Made by a program: the position numbers and the translations under genes | The notes under the pieces: model-generated | Seen by the model: the letters and a program-made list of their open reading frames with translations, nothing else | Told to the model about the DNA's origin: nothing | Database searches by the model: none | Assembly (NCBI RefSeq): GCF_025526975.1 | Contig: NW_026515684.1 | Location: 496,001 to 560,000, forward strand | DNA length: 64,000 nt | From: Fimicolochytrium jonesii | Taxonomy: Eukaryota | Reading direction: 5' to 3' | Part shown: piece after piece, positions 59,460 to 64,000 of the stretch | Position numbering within the stretch: position 1 is the first letter of the stretch | How the letters are laid out: every line of letters begins with the position of its first letter

Positions 59460-61317
59460 GGTTGTACGGGTTTGGCGGGAGAGGCGAACTTGGCGCTTGT
59501 AACTTTGTGAAGTTACGGGAGTGGTGGTGGTGGTGGTGGTAGTGGTAGGTTTAAGGGAGCTGCGTGCGCTATCACCGTCGTCTTCTCCGTCGCTGGTGAC
59601 CAACATTCGTGATGCTATGACCGACCGTACGAGGGAACGCGAAGTTTGATTTGCTGAAGTGTGTGAGCTATTTAACAACTTGTGGGGAAAGTCTTCGTCT
59701 GGTCCTCGTCCAGTTTCGGACGGAAAACAATAAGGTGTTGTTGGGCGACGAGACCGACCGGTGTTATACTGGTGTCGTTGGGAGAGATTGGCTGCGAGTA
59801 CAGTTCTGTAGGAGTGGAAAATATGAGAGGCCGGATAATAATTCCCACTGACAAATGTGGGGAGCGGGTTTTCGCGGTTGACCGTCTGTGCCTACACGTT
59901 CGTGCTGGGGTAGGCAGAACACCATGCTGCGTACGTACATACCTGAAGTCAGTGGTGTTTGGCAAGAGGGGATGCAGCTGACGAGGACGAGTATGTAGTT
60001 GCGACTCCCAATGCAGTCACTGGCATGTCCGTCTGGTTGTGGGCTGGGCTGGAGGTGGGTGCTGGGAGACTGGGAGTGAAACATAGGCCTCTCCTTCTCT
60101 CTCTGATTCATGCGAAGTCTCCGGGGGGGTCTCTCTGAGTGATTGAGTGATTGCGTCACGGCGTCGCTCCGGTTAACTCACAGTGATTCACAGTAACTAA
60201 CCGCTGCGTATGGCTGACTGACTCATCGCTTGACGGCCTTCTACCGTTTCTGAGGACGTTTACGACAGGACAGGAATCCAAATGCCATCCATCCCTTTGG
60301 ACCTCCTGAAATCATCAGAACCTTCAACGTGGCGAAGATTCTTCGGGGCTTGCGTGGCTTCAAGTGGGAACAGCCAGGACCATACCGACCCCGGACGATG
60401 ATGGTATCCAGAACACCTCAAGAAAACGACAGTAGAGAAACAGCATCAATCTCTGCAATGTCCCTCGTACTCCTCGCTATCTGCAGCCGATCTTGTTGTC
60501 TTCATCACCAGCTCCACCTCCGCCGCCATCAACTCCGTCAGGGCCTTGATTTGGACTTGGTGGGTCAATGGTAGTGGCGGCGGCTAGGCCTGGAGCGTGT
60601 AATGCGATATGTATGCAGAGACGGTATGCGTTGTATTGTCAATGGTGGGTATGGTGACAGTCATGTCACCATGTCACAGAGTCAGGGTAGCGTCGTTAGC
60701 GATTCCCATATAATGATTGAGGTCTGAGACTTTTAGACAGACTTCAAAGGAGACGCAGCTACATTTGGCAAGGCGGTGATTTTAAGAAGAGGAGTGAAGC
60801 ATTCCATGAATTTTTGTAGCTTCTGGCAATCTCAACGGACTTGGGTCCAAATAGGCCAGATGCTTCTTGGCAGTCGTCAAAGACTTCGAACATCCCGGAA
60901 AGAAATGTCCGAAAGAGAGCCTCACGTGACGAAACATCTATTACGTGATCGCTTTTATTCAGCGACACGTTGCTCACGCGTCAAAGCGCTTGGGAAATCG
61001 GTACCCGCCTTCTTGCCCAACAGAAAGGTAATGCACTGTAGTAATCCTCGCCCATTCTAGAGTAGGGAAGTTCAAGCCATCGCATGCGCGCTATTCAGGA
61101 TATATACAGATGCATACAGCTTTGTCTATGGTTATGAGGCAAAACCATAAAGCACGGGGAAATGAATCAGATATCTGTGTTTACAAGCCGGCCCAAACGT
61201 GAAGGGGCATTGAATGATAATAAGCAATGAAACAGGGAGGAAGGGACGATAGTGACGCCGATCGCTTGCGAATACGCAATGTTAGAAAGTGATGATGCCG
61301 TGGTCGACAGGATAGAT

Positions 61318-63131
61318 TTACATAACGAAAACCTTCTTCTCGCCCGCAAACCCCTCACCCGCCTTCCCCACCGCCGCCAGCAACCTACTCTCCTCCTCCT
61401 TCCCCACGCCTTTGGCAAACCCCACCTTCCCCCACCGCACCTCCCTCAACTGGCCCTTGGCAATCATGCCACACAAATCCACCAGCATGCGCTCACGCAG
61501 GGAGTTGTCGTGCCGTGCGTTCCAGCGGGCCATCCAGAAGCCGTGACAGGAGAGGTTTTTGAAGATGAAGGGGGAGGTCGGGAAGGTCAGCGGGGTGCGG
61601 GACATGGCGCCATAGGTTACGAGGTGGGCATCGTGGCTTCAATCAAAAATCATAGTCGGTGGGTAAGTCGGACACTCGGAACATGAATCAAACACCAGCT
61701 CTCACAGTCAATCAAACAACAACTCTCGATCACAACTCACCCCAGAAGCCTCACAAGGTTAGTAGCGCTCTGCCCGCCCACACAATTGAACGCCAGCTTG
61801 ACGCTTCCCCCTCCCTTCTTGTAGTCCCCATCGTCGTTACTGGTAGCAGCAAGTGCTTTGATCTTTGCAGCTGTCTCGGGTGTCCGCAGATCTTGTTCGG
61901 TGATGACCAGGTCGGCGCCCAGGGAGGTGAGGTGGGCGCGGAGGTCATCAATGTTGGGTCTAGTGGGGGATAGTATGAGTGACCTAGTGATCGTGAAGGG
62001 ATGTGTGGTGAACTTGCATCATCGAACCGATCTTTGCTCATACCTATCACGCACGACATTGACGGTTTTGAACCCCCACGCCTTCGCGAGCTGGATAACG
62101 GCCTGACCGACCCCCGAGTTGGCGCCGTTCTGGATAACCACATCCCCCGGCTTCAGGTCAACGAAATCTTTCAGCATTCTGTATGCTGGGATAGGGTCAG
62201 TTCAGTCTTCAGCGTGCCAAGTCGTCCTTTTTCACAGTCCATATGTGTTTTTCTCACCAGTGCACGGGTTGACGCTAATAGTAGCAGCTGCAATTTTCGA
62301 CACGCCCTCCTTCGGCAACTTGATCAGCTCCGCCTCCGTAAAACGTGCATGCGTTCTCCATGTTCCTACATCATAACTCAACCCTCAATAGACCGCTCAC
62401 CACATCCGCATGTCACAAAATGCAACGTACCAAATCCGCTGTCCTCAGGAATGACCCAATCGCCAACCTTCAAACCCTTAATATCGCTGCCGGCCGCGAT
62501 CACTTCCGCGACCCCTTCGTTCCCGCCGATGGCGCCGAATGTGTCGTTGAAGGTTGGTTTGATGGGGTATGCACCTGTGGGAGATGCGTTGTTGTGGGAA
62601 AATGTTCCGATGCGGTGATCTTCATATACTCTTGGACAGACAAACCCACCTTGGATCTGATTGATGTCCGCCGGATTGATAGGACTCGCCAAGAAACGGA
62701 CGTGTACGGTTGAGGATGTGAGCGGTGGGAGCGGCACTTGTACCAATCTAGGATTCGCCGTTAAAGGACAGTAAGGACAAATGAAGGATCTCCAAATCAA
62801 TCTCTTCTTCCTGCGTTAAGATTCTGGTGGTATCCCGCATCCTTCCGTCCCTTCTTCCCTCTCCTCCAACCTGTCCCCAACACAAAATCACACACCTCAA
62901 CACATCAGTAGGGTTCCCAAACTGCTTATATGTCAATGCCGCATACGATGTTGGAGCCACGCCCGCTCCTGCGCCAGCGTTCGTACTGTAAGCATGCGCT
63001 GAAGAGGGGATGGCGGCGGCGGGGATTGCGAGCGGGCTGGCAAGAGGGATGGCGAGGTTGTGGTGGGTGAGGTGACGCGCGAGGGCGTGGATGCGCAGCG
63101 TCGAGGGGAGGGTGCGGGCGGAGCGGGACAT
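61318..63131 (-). CDS. ETR1: Mitochondrial trans-2-enoyl-ACP/CoA reductase (MDR family), multi-exon
   Basis: Presequence, [45 protein letters not shown]...[48 protein letters not shown] and IFKNL..HGFW. Confidence 0.95.
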
Positions 63132-63465
63132 GGTTTACGAGTGGGTTTGCTAGCGATGGGACGGGATGGAACCTAAGCGCCGCCCAGTCTTGCTTGTGAT
63201 GGGAACCGGTGGGAGAGAGCCCTCACGCGTCTTTCCGCTTCTGTTTGCGTTTTGCCGGACAGCTGTCGAGCGCATCCTACCAGGCGACGGGGCACAGTAG
63301 GCACAGTAGCCCCCAATCTGCGTCTCCCCCTCTTACCTTCGCAAAACCTGTGGTTTGTCAGACATCAAAGTAGGGACGAGCGGCAGGGCTTTCTGTTGGG
63401 CCCATACAAATATCACTGCAACATCACGAACTCTCATCGCGAACCCCAGAAGTACTCCTGCGACA

Positions 63466-64000
63466 ATGTCAGGAGCATCCCGCTCAGCGGCCGTCAAACG
63501 GCTCATGAAAGAACTGTCGGATTTGCAGGCTGACCCGAGCCCGGAGTTCACCGCCGCGCCGTTGGAGGATAATCTGTTTGAATGGTGGGTTGGGGCTTGT
63601 CAGGGGATGTGGGCTCTCCGTGTTGAGGCAGGTCCGGCTGTATATGCCAGGGTTGCTGGCGAATTGAGTTGGTATCCATTGAATGTTTTGATGTTCTGTC
63701 TCCTGATGGTCTTTCTGTTGCGCAGGCATTTTACGATCCGCGGACCGCCGGAGGCCGGGTTTGAAGGCGGGCGCTATCACGGCAGGTACGCTTAACGTCT
63801 CAATCGTACATGACCGTAGCGTTCATCAGAAGATCTAACACCCCACAACCCATAATCGCTCTCTAGACTCATCTTCCCCCCCGACTACCCGTTCAAACCC
63901 CCCAACATCTCCTTCCTAACCCCCAACGGGCGTTTCGAGGTCGGCAAAAAGATCTGTCTCTCCATCACCGGCCACCACCCCGAATACTGGCGGCCAGCCT
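63466..64000 (+). CDS. UBE2J1: ER-associated E2 ubiquitin-conjugating enzyme, UBE2J1/Ubc6 family (3' truncated by window end)
   Basis: AVKRLMKE, APLEDNLFEWHFTIRGP, FEGGRYHGRL, YPFKPP, TPNGRFEVGKKICLSITGHHPEYWRP. Confidence 0.92.

Noticed and set aside
60651..60672. Perfect 9-bp hairpin ATGGTGACA-GTCA-TGTCACCAT as a Helitron end
   Set aside because: No CTRR terminus at the expected distance and no other element features.

Overview
Eukaryotic, GC-rich, gene-dense nuclear DNA with many short (mostly about 50-100 nt) GT-AG introns carrying CTRAC-type branch sites. The fungal-type gene set together with a basal-body gene (BBOF1/CCDC176) points to a zoosporic fungus (chytrid; inference). Recognisable genes in order: mitochondrial uS5m (-), WD40 protein (+), MLKL-like 4HB-kinase with a Cys-rich/hydrophobic tail (-), UBA1 (+), YIPF6/Yip4 (-), a 112-aa orphan (-), BBOF1 (+), glucose-6-phosphate 1-epimerase (+), Mtc4-like protein (-), SDR (+), long-chain acyl-CoA synthetase ending in PTS1 (-), C2 protein (-), ZGRF1-like helicase (+), a multi-exon orphan (+), BUB3 (-), TOM70 (+), SNZ1/PDX1 (+), tRNA-Leu(CAA), PA-TM-RING E3 ligase (-), ETR1/MECR (-) and a partial UBE2J1/Ubc6 (+). 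Three decayed accessory islands lie at about 7.4-10.2 kb (GIY-YIG-like relic), 30.4-34.1 kb (Ty3-type gag fused to a primase-type zinc finger plus helicase-like relics) and 52.6-55.7 kb. The best leads are the MLKL-like kinase architecture, the gag/primase-helicase chimera, a structured long intron with a possible poison acceptor in SNZ1, an intronic CTCGCTYCGCTCG repeat array shared with a second intron, an obligatory 8-nt microexon in ZGRF1, and a periodic C-rich to G-rich skew. Exon boundaries and family assignments were read by eye; no database searches were run.
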